Below, one piece after another: positions 12,471 to 24,001 of a stretch of DNA of 64,000 nucleotides. The translations under genes were made by a program, and so were the position numbers. The notes under the pieces were generated by a model. That model was not told where the DNA came from, did no database searches, and saw only the letters and a program-made list of their open reading frames with translations. This DNA is from Leucoraja ocellata (taxonomy: Eukaryota): contig JAWMAR010000710.1 of assembly GCA_036785375.1 (NCBI GenBank), forward strand, positions 186,001 to 250,000, written 5' to 3'. How positions within the stretch are numbered: position 1 is the first letter of the stretch; each line of letters opens with the position of its first letter.

Positions 12471-13629
12471 TCCGCGGTTCTCCCGCCGGCCTTCTGCACC
12501 TTACATGGACCTGGTCCATGTCTGCACCTAGAAAGGTAAGTTGAAGGAAACGCAGGGTCTCTTACCTGCTGTTCCCGACTTTCCTTCTCCCGCCGGTGAC
12601 CGTCGTTCCCTGTGTCGGGTTCGAGCCGCTTGGACCGACCCCGGTGTTCACGGGCCTGGTCCTTCGCGGCAGTTCCGCAGCCGGTAACCCCGGCTGTTCC
12701 TATAGATCCCCTGGACCCTGGTGCTTACCTTGTGAACAAGGTTTTCAGCCCGAACGTCCCGTTCCGACTCCATAAGTGCCGCTGCACTCGCTGAGCGTTT
12801 CGAGCCCCGGTACCGCTGGTCCGAGCTGTCTGTCCCGCAGCCTCTGTGCTGGCTGCTAGCGACTGGTCCCAAGCCAGTCTCGTTTGAGACTGGCATAGGG
12901 ACCTTTTTTACTTTGCTTCCCGCCCGGCCGAGAGGTGAATTTTGCCGGTGCGGGAGCAAAGTCGGGCTCAGGTTGTTCCCCTCCAGGGAAACTCGTGCTG
13001 TTGCTGCTGCTGGCTGCTCGCCCTCCACGGGTCTCCCCGCCAGCTTTCCGCAGCCTCCTAAAAGTAAGTAGTAAAAAGGAACGCAGAGTCTCTTACCTGC
13101 TGTTCCCGACTTTCAAATCTCCCGCTTGGGGAACGCCGTTCCCCCTGTGTGACTCGTTGCAATGCGTGTAGCGATATGACACGCATGCGTGGAAGCGGGC
13201 TTCTTCACGTAGTCACTCACGTGACTCCGAAGTAAAATCTATGTCGTACTGAATACTGTGAAATTGTTTTCTTTAAAAAGGTTGTTAGTTATAGTTTATA
13301 GAATGATAGAATTTTATAACAGTGAAACAGACCCTCTAACCCAGCCCAGCGATGTCGACCAGTGTACTCTTCCATATTTGTCCCATTTGTTTGGTCAATT
13401 GTCCGCAATGCCAATGTGATTCAAGTGTGATTTGCCCAGCAGTTTTAAATACAACTATATTTTACAACAAGCAGTGAAGTACATCCATAGAACAGCTTAC
13501 CATTGCATCACTAATGTAACAATACATCACAGTTAAGCTAGACGTTTTATAATTTGATAAGCACATGAGATTGGCATCAGAGGAGAGCAGAAATGGTACA
13601 CAGTTACCACAGGTAATGATGTTTGGTTT

Positions 13630-13900
13630 AGTTTTGTTTAGTTAGTTTCAAGATGCAGTGTGGAAACACGTCCTTTGTCCCACCGGGCGCATGATGGCCA
13701 CTGATCACCCCACACAATAGTTCTATCCTACACCCAAGAGATAATTTACAGAGACCGCTTAACCTACAATCCTGCAAATATTTGCAATGTGGGAGGAAAC
13801 CGGAGGGTCTGGAGAAAAGCCATACGATCACAGGGAGAACGTACAAACACCATACAGACAGCACCCTTGGTCAGGATTGAACCCAGGTCTCTGGCACTGT
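13630..13900 (-). mobile_element. tRNA-derived SINE
   Basis: B-box GGTTCAATCC on the minus strand, conserved core CTCCGGTTTCCTCCCACA and (CTAAA)-like tail; same type as 20788, 41135 and 61555. Confidence 0.8.
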
Positions 13901-14242
13901 TCACCAGCCCTTGTGAATGTGTGAATTCAGATTATTGAACATATGGTTTGGGGGAAGAGTTTGAGAGGAGCTGAGATACATGATGGTGTGGGGAGATTGT
14001 ACGGACATTACACAGTCTCCCAGTCTAATCAAGTCTTCTATGAGAAAAGTGGAGGGAGGGCTGGGTGACCCAACAATGACCAATGGAGATGGGGCAGAGG
14101 AGGGCAGGTTTTTTTGCAAACAGCCTGCAGCCATGTCCAATCATCGATGGCAACAGGAGACAGAAGGCGATGACAGAGAGTTGTTTTTACACCTGGATGC
14201 CTGTTACTAACGGTGACTAATGGTGTTCCACAAGGTTTGGTC

Positions 14243-14442
14243 NNNNNNNNNNNNNNNNNNNNNNNNNNNNNNNNNNNNNNNNNNNNNNNNNNNNNNNNNN
14301 NNNNNNNNNNNNNNNNNNNNNNNNNNNNNNNNNNNNNNNNNNNNNNNNNNNNNNNNNNNNNNNNNNNNNNNNNNNNNNNNNNNNNNNNNNNNNNNNNNNN
14401 NNNNNNNNNNNNNNNNNNNNNNNNNNNNNNNNNNNNNNNNNN
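14243..14442. other. Assembly gap (200 N)
   Basis: Run of N; true size unknown. Confidence 1.
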
Positions 14443-14962
14443 ATTAATATATTTGTTTCAAGCGATCCCAATATATACTCCAAAATATTTTTTTCAAAAA
14501 ACTAGATTCCACTATCACTAATTTTATATGGGACTACAGAACACATAGAATTCAACAAAAGCATTTGTGCAAATCTAAAGAAGTTGGGGGTTTATCATTA
14601 CCTAACTTTATGTATTACTACTGGGCAGTGCATATTAAGAACATAATGTACTGTCTAGATAGTTCCACTCAGCAGTTGGAGTGGATAAGAATGGAGAAAG
14701 AGGAGTGCTATCCGCATGATATAGGAATGATCCTGCTCTCAACGATAAAATTGAATAGTATAATATATAAGAAGAACCCAATTATTCACAATATAATAAG
14801 AATTTGGAAACAAATAAAAATATCCTTGAAATTAAATAATTTATCAGTACTAACCCCACTATTGAACAACCCCGCATTCAAACCTTCTCTCATCGACAAC
14901 ACATATCAACAATTGGATAGACTGGGGATTAGGAAAGTAGGGGATATGTATGAACTGGGCAT
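14443..14962 (+). mobile_element. L1-clade LINE ORF2 fragment
   Basis: LYLFQAIP..GGLSLPNFMYYYWA..IWKQI; homologous to ORF2 of the L1 at 31368-37822. Confidence 0.9.
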
Positions 14963-15630
14963 CCTAAAGAAGTCCCTTCTCTGTTTCCTGTCTGCCAAAT
15001 ACATTTCAATTCAAACCTGTTGCCTAATCCATATATTTTAACATTCAAAGACCTTCCGAAAATTCAACACATCCACTTGTTCTCCCTGAAACAAACAAAA
15101 ACTATCTGCTGGGGGGGGATTCAGTGGGTCAGGCAGCGTTCATCGAGGAAAATGTGCAGGTGACCCTGTATCGTGGCCCTTCTTTAGTTGCGAATGATCA
15201 TCTGTCCATTTACTTCCACAGATGATTCCTGATCCACAAATTCCCTCCAGCAGTTTGCTCTTTGCTCGTGTTTCCAGCATCTGCAAACTCTTCGGTCGCC
15301 ACACCTTCTCCCTTATCTATTCTACATGGTACATCACAATGATCTCCAATAGATTTGTTTGCCATGATTTTGCTTACATAAATTCAAAAAGACATTGTCT
15401 TATCGCATAAATTATTGTTAAATATCCAAACACTGTTTTGGAACCCGGAAACACCAAACCAGGTTTGAAGTTGAAATATTTTCATCCAGCAGGTATCACA
15501 CAGGAAATGTAATATGTCGAAAAGAATAAAGAGCAATCATTTAGTTGAAACACGGCTATTTTAATTTTTAATCAGTAGGAAGTAGCAAAAATATGAAAAC
15601 AACACAATTTTTGGTTAACACCAACAATGC
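14963..15630 (+). repeat. Segmental duplication block S1a (direct copy at ~54785-55467)
   Basis: Co-linear high similarity; near-identical small ORFs 15222-15410 and 55049-55237. Confidence 0.92.
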
Positions 15631-16199
15631 AAATGGAGAAGACATTTAAAAATAAAATTTGAAGAAGTACATCAATTTTGCAAACTCCATTTTCAATCAT
15701 TTAATCCTGTCCAATTAAACCACTTTAAAGCAATGAAGAATAATGTCTGAAGTTTACTGACCTTCTGCAGGGGGACTTGTGCGGAATTCCAGAGAAGCAG
15801 CAACGTGGCTTTGAGCCCAGCACACGACAAGCTGAGGTTCCCTCACTCTGCATAGTAACTGACGCTGCCTCTTGTGAAACTAAATGGCACTCCCCCTCCA
15901 GCTCAGGTTTCCTGCACCACTGGTGTTGTTCCAAAATGGGTTAAAATATAGAATTATACAACGAATAAAGATAGGGATGTTCAAAATGGGAATGTTTTGA
16001 GATCAAAGAGGTTTCACCTGGAATTGAACGCACATGTGGTTTTGATCATATCTGATGGATTTCTAATGGGAGAGCTCCAGGTGCTTTGCTGCATTCTGCT
16101 GGGTGTGTGAAGTAATGAGCAGCTGAGAGAGAGTACAAGCAGTCCAGGAAGGTCCTGCCACAATGATGAAAAACTCACACTGCCACATCCATAAGGGGT

Positions 16200-18781
16200 T
16201 ACATAGAAACATAGAAACATAGAAATTAGGTGCTGGAGTTGGCCATTCGGCCCTTGAGCCTGCACCGCCATTCAATATGATCATGGCTGATCATCCAACT
16301 AAGTATCCCGTACCTGCCTTCTCTCCATACCCCCTGATCCCCTTAGCCACAAGGGCCACATCTAACTCCCTCTTAAATATAGCCAATGAACTGGCCTCAA
16401 CTACACTCTGTGGCAGAGAGTTCCAGAGATTCACAACTCTCTGTGTGAAAAAAGTTCTTCTCATCTCGGTTTTAAAGGATTTCCCCGTTATCCTTAAGCT
16501 GTGACCCCTTGTCCTGGACTTCCCTAACATCGGGAACAATCTTCCTGCATCTAGCCTGTCCAACCCCTTAAGAATTTTGTAAGTTTCTATAAGATCCCCT
16601 CTCAATCTCCTAAATTCTAGAGAGTATAAACCAAGTCTATCCAGTCTTTCTTCATAAGACAGTCCTGACATCCCAGGAATCAGTCTGGTGAACCGTCTCT
16701 GCACTCCCTCTATGGCAATAATGTCTTTCCTCAGATTTGGAGACCAAAACTGTACGCAATACTCCAGGCGTGGTCTCTCCAAGACCCTGTACAACTGCAG
16801 TAGAACCTCCCTGCTCCTATACTCAAATCCTTTTGCAATGAAAGCTACCATACCATTTGCTTTCTTTACTGCCTGCTGCACCTGCATGCCTACCTTCAAT
16901 GACTGGTGTACCATGACACCCAGGTCTCGCTGCATCTCCCCCTTTAACAATCGGCCACCATTTAGATAATAGTCCGCTTTCCCGTTTTTGCCACCAAAAT
17001 GGAAAACCTCACATTTATCCACATTATACTGCATCTGCCAAACATTTGCCCACTCACCCAGCCTATCCAAGTCACCTTGCAGTCTCCTAGCGTCCTCCTC
17101 ATAGCTAACACTGCCCCCCAGCTTAGTGTCATCCGCAAACTTGGAGATATTGCCTTCAATTCCCTCATCCAGATCATTAATATATATTGTAAATAGCTGG
17201 GGTCCCAGCACTGAGCCTTGCGGTACCCCACTAGTCACTGCCTACCATTGTGAAAAGGACCCGTTTACTCCTACTCTTTGCTTCCTGTTTGCCAGCCAGT
17301 TCTCTATCCACATCAATACTGAACCCCCAATGCCTTGTGCCTTAAGTTTGTATACTAATCTCTTATGTGGGATCTTGTCGAAAGCCTTCTGGAAGTCCAG
17401 ATACACCACATCCACAGGTTCTCCCCTATCCATGCTAATAGTTACATCCTCGAAAAATTCTATAAGATTCGTCAGACATGATTTACCTTTCGTAAATCCA
17501 TTCTGACTTTGTCCAATGATTTCACCACTTTCCAAATGTGCTGCTATCCCATCTTTAATAACTGACTCTAGCAGTTTCCCCACTACCGATGTTAGACTAA
17601 CTGGTCTGTAATTCCCCATTTTCTCTCTCCCTCCCTTCTTAAAAGGTGGGGTTACGTTTTCTACCCGCCAATCTTCAGGAACTACTCCAGAATCTAAAGA
17701 GTTTTGAAAGATTATTACTAATGCATCCACTATTTCTGGAGCTACTTCCTTAAGTACTCTGGGATGCAGCCTATCTGGCCCTGGGGATTTATCGGCCTTT
17801 AATCCATTCAATTTACCCAATACCACTTCCCGGCTAACCTGGATTTCACTCAATTCCTCCAACTCCTTTGACAAGCGGTCCCCTGCTATTTCCGGCAAAT
17901 TATTTAAGTCTTCCATAGTGAAGACGGAACCAAAGTAGTTATTCAATTGGTCCGCCATATCCTTGTTCCCCATGATCAACTCACCTGTTTCTGACTGCAA
18001 GGGACCTACATTTGTTTTAACTAATCTCTTTCTTTTCACATATCTATAAAACATTTTACAGTCAGCTTTTATGTTCCCTGCCAGTTTTCTTTCATAATCT
18101 ATTTTCCCTTTCCTAATTAAGCCCTTTGTCCTCCTTTGTTGGTCTTTGAATTTCTCCCAGTCCTCCCGTATGCTGCTTTTTCTGGCTAATTTGTACGCAT
18201 CATCCTTCGCTTTGATACTATCCCTGATTTCCCTTGTTATCCATGGATGTACTACCTTCCCTGATTTATTCTTTTGCCAAACTGGTATGAACAATTTTTG
18301 TAGTTCATCCATGCAGTCTTTAAATGTCTTCCATTGCATATCCACCGTCAACCCTTTTAGAATTAATTGCCTGTCAATCTTGGCCAATTCACGTCTCATA
18401 CCCTCAAAGTTACCTTTCTTTAAGTTCAGAACCATTGTTTCTGAATTAACAATGTCACTCTCCATCCTAATGAAGAACTCAACCATATTATGGTCACTCT
18501 TGCCCAAGGGGGCACGTACAACAAGATTGCTAACTAACCCTTCCTCATTACTCAATACCCAGTCTAAAATAGCCTGCTCTCTCGTTGGTTCCTCTACATG
18601 TTGATTTAGATAACTGTCCCGCATACATTCCAAGAAATTCTCTTCCTCAGCACCCCTGCCAATTTGATTCACCCAATCTATATGTAGATTGAAGTCACCC
18701 ATTATAACTGTTTTGCCTTTGTCGCACGCATTTCTAATTTCCTGTTTGATATCATCTCCAACTTCACTACTACTGTTAGTG
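16200..18781 (-). mobile_element. CR1 LINE, 5'-truncated, ORF2 nearly intact (single TAG at 17242-17244)
   Basis: ORFs 17242-18702 and 16291-17238 are in the same frame, split by one stop. Motifs GVPQGSVLGP and FADDTK; (TTTCTATG)n tail at 16200-16224. Confidence 0.96.
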
Positions 18782-19025
18782 TTGTAGTGTTAGGGTTGTG
18801 TTCATTAACATGCTGGCGATTCCATCATACCCATTGGGACAAACTGAACCATTTCCAGAGAGGATTGGGGACACTGTGTGGGAGCACCTTCAACAAAAGG
18901 ATTGTAGAACATCAAGAAGGCAACTCACCATCACCTTTTCCAAGGCAGTTAGCGATGGATGATAATATATATCTGCCACAATTTATCCCAATCACCGACA
19001 ATGACACTTGAGCTGCTCTGTCTGT

Positions 19026-19599
19026 TAGTTACTATCCTTATAATAAATGCGTCCTCAGCACACATGCCCCATGATTTGTTCTCAAAGTATTTTTAAAAAC
19101 GACATAAATAAAATTATATGGAATTACTTTTTCCGAAAATATAAAGGGGAAATAGAGAAGTTGTTTCTGAAGATAGCATCTGCGTAAAAGAGGAAGGATC
19201 TGTGTTAAGCCCTGTTTACACTTATAACCATATAACCATATAACAATTACAGCACGGAAACAGGCCATCTCGGCCCTACAAGTCCGTGCCGAACAACTAT
19301 CTGCAAAACTCTGCTGCAAAACTCAGCATGTGCCCCACAGATACATTTGCACTAGATAAGACAGGGGGTAATCCCAGTGTTTAAAATGTGAGTTTGACGG
19401 ACAGTGTGGGTTGGAGGGGGAGATGAGATGAATTACGAAGAGAAAGATTCAGGAGCTGGGGGAAAAATATCAAAACAGAGGGTGAAGCAGCAATAAAAAT
19501 GAATTGTATTTCTCTGTAGAATTCACACAATATGGGGGAAATGAGTTGTTAACCCGGATTAATTAGATTTATTGTCACGATTAGGACGACACTAACTCC
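19026..19599 (+). repeat. Segmental duplication block S1b (direct copy at ~55473-55955)
   Basis: Co-linear match. This copy carries an extra CR1 3'-tail fragment (19224-19296) that the paralogue lacks. Confidence 0.9.
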
Positions 19600-20787
19600 T
19601 GAGCAGATGATGAGCTGCACTTGTGATTCCCTCCAACATTTTTGCTTATAAATCAATGTTTTTGGATGTGGGCCTCAGTTCTCAGGCTTCCATTTTTAAC
19701 CCATGAGGATGGGTACATCCTTATTTCACCACTGAGGTGTTTAGTAAATGATGTAAATGATAGGAGTAGGCCCCACAAATAACGAAGGACCAGCAATGTA
19801 TTTCCAAGTTATGATGGTGATTAACTGGGTCAACTTGTGCCACTCCGCTAATTTGACCAAGCAATTCTGGGCATGGATTGTGCTTGCGTATTGTAGATAT
19901 ATTTTCTAGCACCGATGCAGCCATCAATGTAATGGGGATAGAGTCCGGGGATAGGGCCAGTGTACACCTGGAACCCAATGTATCTCTCGTGTCTATATCT
20001 CTCAGCTGTGGAGATCTTGGTCCTACTCTGTGAGCTTAGGCTTGGAGAACACCAAATGACATAGCGAAAAATTTGTGATTGTGAAAATGTTTGCTGGAGG
20101 TTCTACATTGAGTGAAATTGAGAACTCAGGAGAAAATGCCTCTCAATATTGAACTTATTGTGAAAAAATGTAGTAGCTTGATGATCACATGCAGCTCATT
20201 GGTGACCTCCTCAGTCCAACCTCCACCACGATCTGATGCAATTGAATATAGGTTTGAACTATCGGACCAGCTACAGCATGAACAGGCAAGAATATTGACC
20301 GTTCACTTAATTACAAAACAACAGATTCTGTGATTGGCTATTATCATAGACATTTCAAGCCTCACACAGTCATTCACTTGAACATGTGTTACAAGAAACA
20401 ATTCTAACTTTAGTTGTGAATAGCATTAATTATAATTGTCTTTCCCCAGGCTGGTTAGCACTCAGCGAAAGCTTTTTTCTTTACCTCAGATACGTGCCAC
20501 TGAACTAAACTGAATTGAACTGGAAGGGACAGGATTTATTCCCAGAGGTTGTGAAGGTCTTGGTGTAAACTGTACGGTTTGATTTGGAGAACACTGAAAG
20601 TTGCAGAAGAAAATGGATGGAAATGAGAATGGTGGCTGGTGGGTTTACCTTGTGTGAAACTCAGGAGATAATTATACTCAATGTTGGAATAACTGAGAAA
20701 ATACAGCATTTTTATTATCACATCTGCTCGTTTGTGTTCTCCCCAATCCAAAACTTACATTGTTGTAAACTGCCAAACCATCCAAAT

Positions 20788-21100
20788 CACAGTGGAACAG
20801 ATGTTAGAGCTGCTGCCTCACAGTGCCGGAGACCAGGGTTCAATCCTGGCCTCGGGTGCTCTCTGGGTGGAGATGGCACGCTCCCTGTGGCCACGTGGAA
20901 TTCCTTCGGGTGCTCTGGTTTCTTACCACATCCCACGAATGAGCGGGTTGTAGGTTACTTGACCTCCATAAATTGCCTGGAGTTTGTAAGGAGTGGACGG
21001 GAAAGTGAGATAATAGAACTAGCGTGAAAGGGTGATCAGTGGTCGGCATGGACAGAGGGTTGAAGGACTTGTTTCCATGTTGTATCTCAAAACCAAACTC
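20788..21100 (+). mobile_element. tRNA-derived SINE
   Basis: A-box-like AGTGGAACAGATG, B-box GGTTCAATCC, and a core shared with the other SINE copies. Confidence 0.8.
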
Positions 21101-21435
21101 AATCAGAACCTCACTAAAGATGCAAAAAAAAAGACATGTAATCATCATTACAAAACAATAGATTCTTTCACTTCCCATTGCCGTTGACATTTGTTATCCT
21201 CCAATAACCTTTAGAAAAATGAGGTTCCATGTGTCAACGCATCCAATGCATGTTTGAGCTCAGTAAATTCCCATTTTGCTTTGCCAAAATAAGGTTTTAT
21301 AAGATGGTTTTTACTCTGATGCAAATGCTTTCAACAGAAGTGATGTCTGAACCCTGAGCAGCAGAGAAAGAGTAAGGTCCTGTAGTTTCATAAGTTAGTT
21401 ATTGTGTTAGTGTGTTAGTTATTGGGCAGAGTGAT

Positions 21436-21751
21436 AGCCCTGTCCCATGGTACGAGTTCATTCCAAGAATTCTCCCGAGTTTGCCCTGATTTGAACTTGG
21501 AGATTTACGGTAATGGCCACTCTTCGGTACTAGGGGTCGCTTGGACATTTTTCATCATGTTGAAAAATCTTCACGAGTCTTCCCGTGCTTACCTGCCGTT
21601 AGCGAGTCTTCCCGAGTACATGCCGTTAGTGCTTAAAGACTTCCCCGAGCTCCGACGAACCCGCTACGTTCATTCTCCGTGCTTAACACAAATTAGATTT
21701 TTTTAAACTCGGGAGAGCGCTTGGAATGAACTCGTACCGTGGGAAAGGGGT
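21436..21751. mobile_element. MITE, Harbinger-like, copy 2
   Basis: ~32-bp TIR CCCTGTCCCATGGTACGAGTTCATTCCAAG / CTTGGAATGAACTCGTACCGTGGGAAAGGG. Confidence 0.82.
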
Positions 21752-22421
21752 TTGAGATTGGGGAATTCAGTGTGTCGCCATGCTTAGAGCTTTGCTGCAC
21801 AGTCTCTGGACTCGTTCACCAGTCTCTTCCCAGAAAGCAGGCAACCTCACTGCAGTCTCACTACAGGTAAAGGAGTGGTTTAAACAGGGAGCTAGAAACG
21901 GAACTCCGTGTTAAATAATTTCTAACGTGTGATATTTCACTCCTACAATTGTTACAGTCTGTTATGCTTTAGATTTTACACAGTCATAGAAACTTAATTA
22001 ATAATGAAGCTAAATAACCAGCATCTGCCATTTTAGCCCTTTGGGCTTTCCTATTTGTTGCCTGGTCAATCTAATGTCTCCATGCCAATGAGGATTTTAT
22101 TTTTCCCATTTCTCCGGCAATCCTCTGGGACTGATTGAGGATGTTCAACGTCCTCGCCGTTCTGTTCCAGGCTCAATTAATTAATCAACCGATAGCAGTT
22201 GAATATGGTCGTGAAATCCCAGATTACAGAAGTAACAATATTCCAGCGACAGAGTACACCAAGCGAATGTATTTTCCCCGTGTAATTGTTTGCGGCTTAT
22301 TCTAAACTGCCCTGGGTCAGGAGTTTCAAATTGGCTGCACTCAATACAACATTTGCCAACTACCAATTTACTGATCCCTAGTCTAAAACTGCACATTATT
22401 TCTAAACAGATAATGCACAAA

Positions 22422-22506
22422 ATGAGGCCTAGTTTTCTCTGCAGCATTTGCCAGTTCGTTTGATGTTCGGTTTCTTTGTATTCCTGCTTCGAGCTGTTTC
22501 CACAGA
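22422..22506 (+). pseudogene. Gene B leader (signal-peptide) exon, frameshifted
   Basis: Inverted paralogue of 52661-52748: ATGAGGCC..., LMFGFFVFLLRAVST, donor GTAAGT. Small deletions give a TGA in the first-ATG frame. Confidence 0.75.
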
Positions 22507-22990
22507 GTAAGTGCTTTCTCTTCGCCGGTTACAATCACCTTGCATTACGTTATCATTGTCCGTGGAAACCCGCACCCCATTGTCAATCTCGCTTTCCTCT
22601 CCACGTCCCTGAATGTTCTGCTGCCTCACAAATCCACGCCATTCCTTGCTGGAGCTTCATTTCTGAGCCCATCCCATCAGCTCCCTCTCCTTCTCCTGCA
22701 CTGAAACAGTCCTTATCATGTCAGAAATGGCCTCATGTGAGCTTGTTGCAGAGTTAAACTCTCCCTCCCCATCCCGCTCAGCCTCTGCAGCCTTTGACAT
22801 GGTTGTTCACACCATCCTCCACCAACTCCTCCAAGCCAAGTTATTCCAGACAGACATCTCTTCACAAACCGTGTCTTCCTCACTGGGGTTTCCAAAGAAG
22901 ATCAAACTGTCTGGAATTAAATTAAGTTTAAAATGGGGTGGGGAAAATGTGTTTTAAATGTTAATACTTCATTGTTCGTATTTGTAACAG

Positions 22991-23326
22991 TAATAGAAGT
23001 CGAACGTATTTCTTGGATAATAGAGACGACATTGTGTTAAACGGACCGGACAATCCTGAGAAAGACACTGTTGTTGTCTGGGAATGGAAACCACACTCAG
23101 GAAAATCGAAAAATTAATGACTTTTAGAAGAATGAGGGGCTATTGGATCATAGAGAAGGCTGCTGGCGAGAGTAACGTGGACTTGTACCTAGAAGTGAAT
23201 GTTAATCCCTTTACCCTTGATCTGGCAATTTATAAACCCACATTTAAATGGGCATATTTTTCACTTTGGCTCAAACAGAACCGAGAAAGGAAATCCTGAA
23301 ACAATATGAGATATTTGGGATCAAAG
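22991..23326 (+). pseudogene. Gene B D1 exon (Cys-less V-like), two frameshifts
   Basis: RTYF..IVLNGPDNP..VWEWKPHSG / KLMTF..LDLAIYKPTFKWA / FTLAQTEPRKEILKQYEIFGIK|GTGAAT; aligns to gene A D1. Confidence 0.85.
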
Positions 23327-24001
23327 GTGAATGGGTGCAATAAGGATCAATAATGTTTAATTTATCTCTGTAAATATTGTCATATAATGATGAGAGATGG
23401 CAGGAATTATAAGACTTATTCCACCCGGTTAGAAGAGAATCTCACAGTAAAACAACTGGGGAAGTGTTTTTTCATTGATTCTGTAATGATCAGCAGGAGT
23501 GAAAATAGTTTGATGACTTCACCCTGACATGCAAACGCTCAGCATAGGAGCACCTCAAGGCTGCGTACTCTCTCCTCTACTCTCTCCACATCAACAACTG
23601 CACCTCCACAGACACCTCTGTCAAGCTTCTCAATTTTGCGGATGACACAACCCTGATTGGACTGATCCAGCATGGGGAGGAATCTGTCTACAGACAGGAA
23701 ATTCCACAACTGGCATCCTGGTGCCATCGCAACAACCTAGAGCTCAATGCTCTTAAGACAGTGGAATTGATTGTAGACTTTAGGAGACCTCCCCCTCCCC
23801 TCACCCCACTCACCATCAACAATACCACAGTCACATCTGTGGAATCTTTTTAGTTCCTGAGAACCATCATCTCCAAGGCCCTTAAGTGGGGGACTACCAT
23901 CGACTCCACAGTCAAAAAGGCACAACAGAGGATGTACTTCCTATGGCAGCTGAGGAAGCACAATCTGCCACAGACAATGATGGTCCAATTTTACACGGCC
24001 A

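Larger units (their letters stand above)
8531..13238 (-). mobile_element. DIRS1-like retrotransposon with both termini and ICR, internally decayed (probably non-autonomous)
   Basis: Perfect 37-bp inverted repeat (about 8603-8639 / 13175-13211). ICR 8749-8861 is the exact complement of the right end (78 bp) joined to the left end (37 bp) through a shared AT. Remnants of gag-like (KAAIQPAL), RT-like (~10150-10330) and YR N-terminal (STRKQY..KKW) sequence. Confidence 0.92.

Noticed and set aside
12187-12544. Cys-rich, Ala-rich and Gln-rich ORFs as host genes
   Set aside because: Translations of a CTG/CCG repeat inside the DIRS element.
13495-13620. Donor ATG|GTAAGC as the end of the gene A leader
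   Set aside because: The open frame is phase 0, and the phase-1 frame has an immediate TGA, incompatible with the D1 acceptor.
14213-14521. ORFs containing X runs
   Set aside because: Artefacts of the N gap.
15222-15410. Conserved small ORF repeated at 55049-55237 (likewise 40952/61374 and 41281/61701)
   Set aside because: Similarity is explained by recent segmental duplication and repeat remnants; no coding signature.
20649-20709. Candidate leader exon for gene A (MLYFLSYSNIEYNYLLSFTQ, phase-1 donor)
   Set aside because: Poorly hydrophobic, little similarity to the B/C leaders, and on the far side of the gap and block S1.
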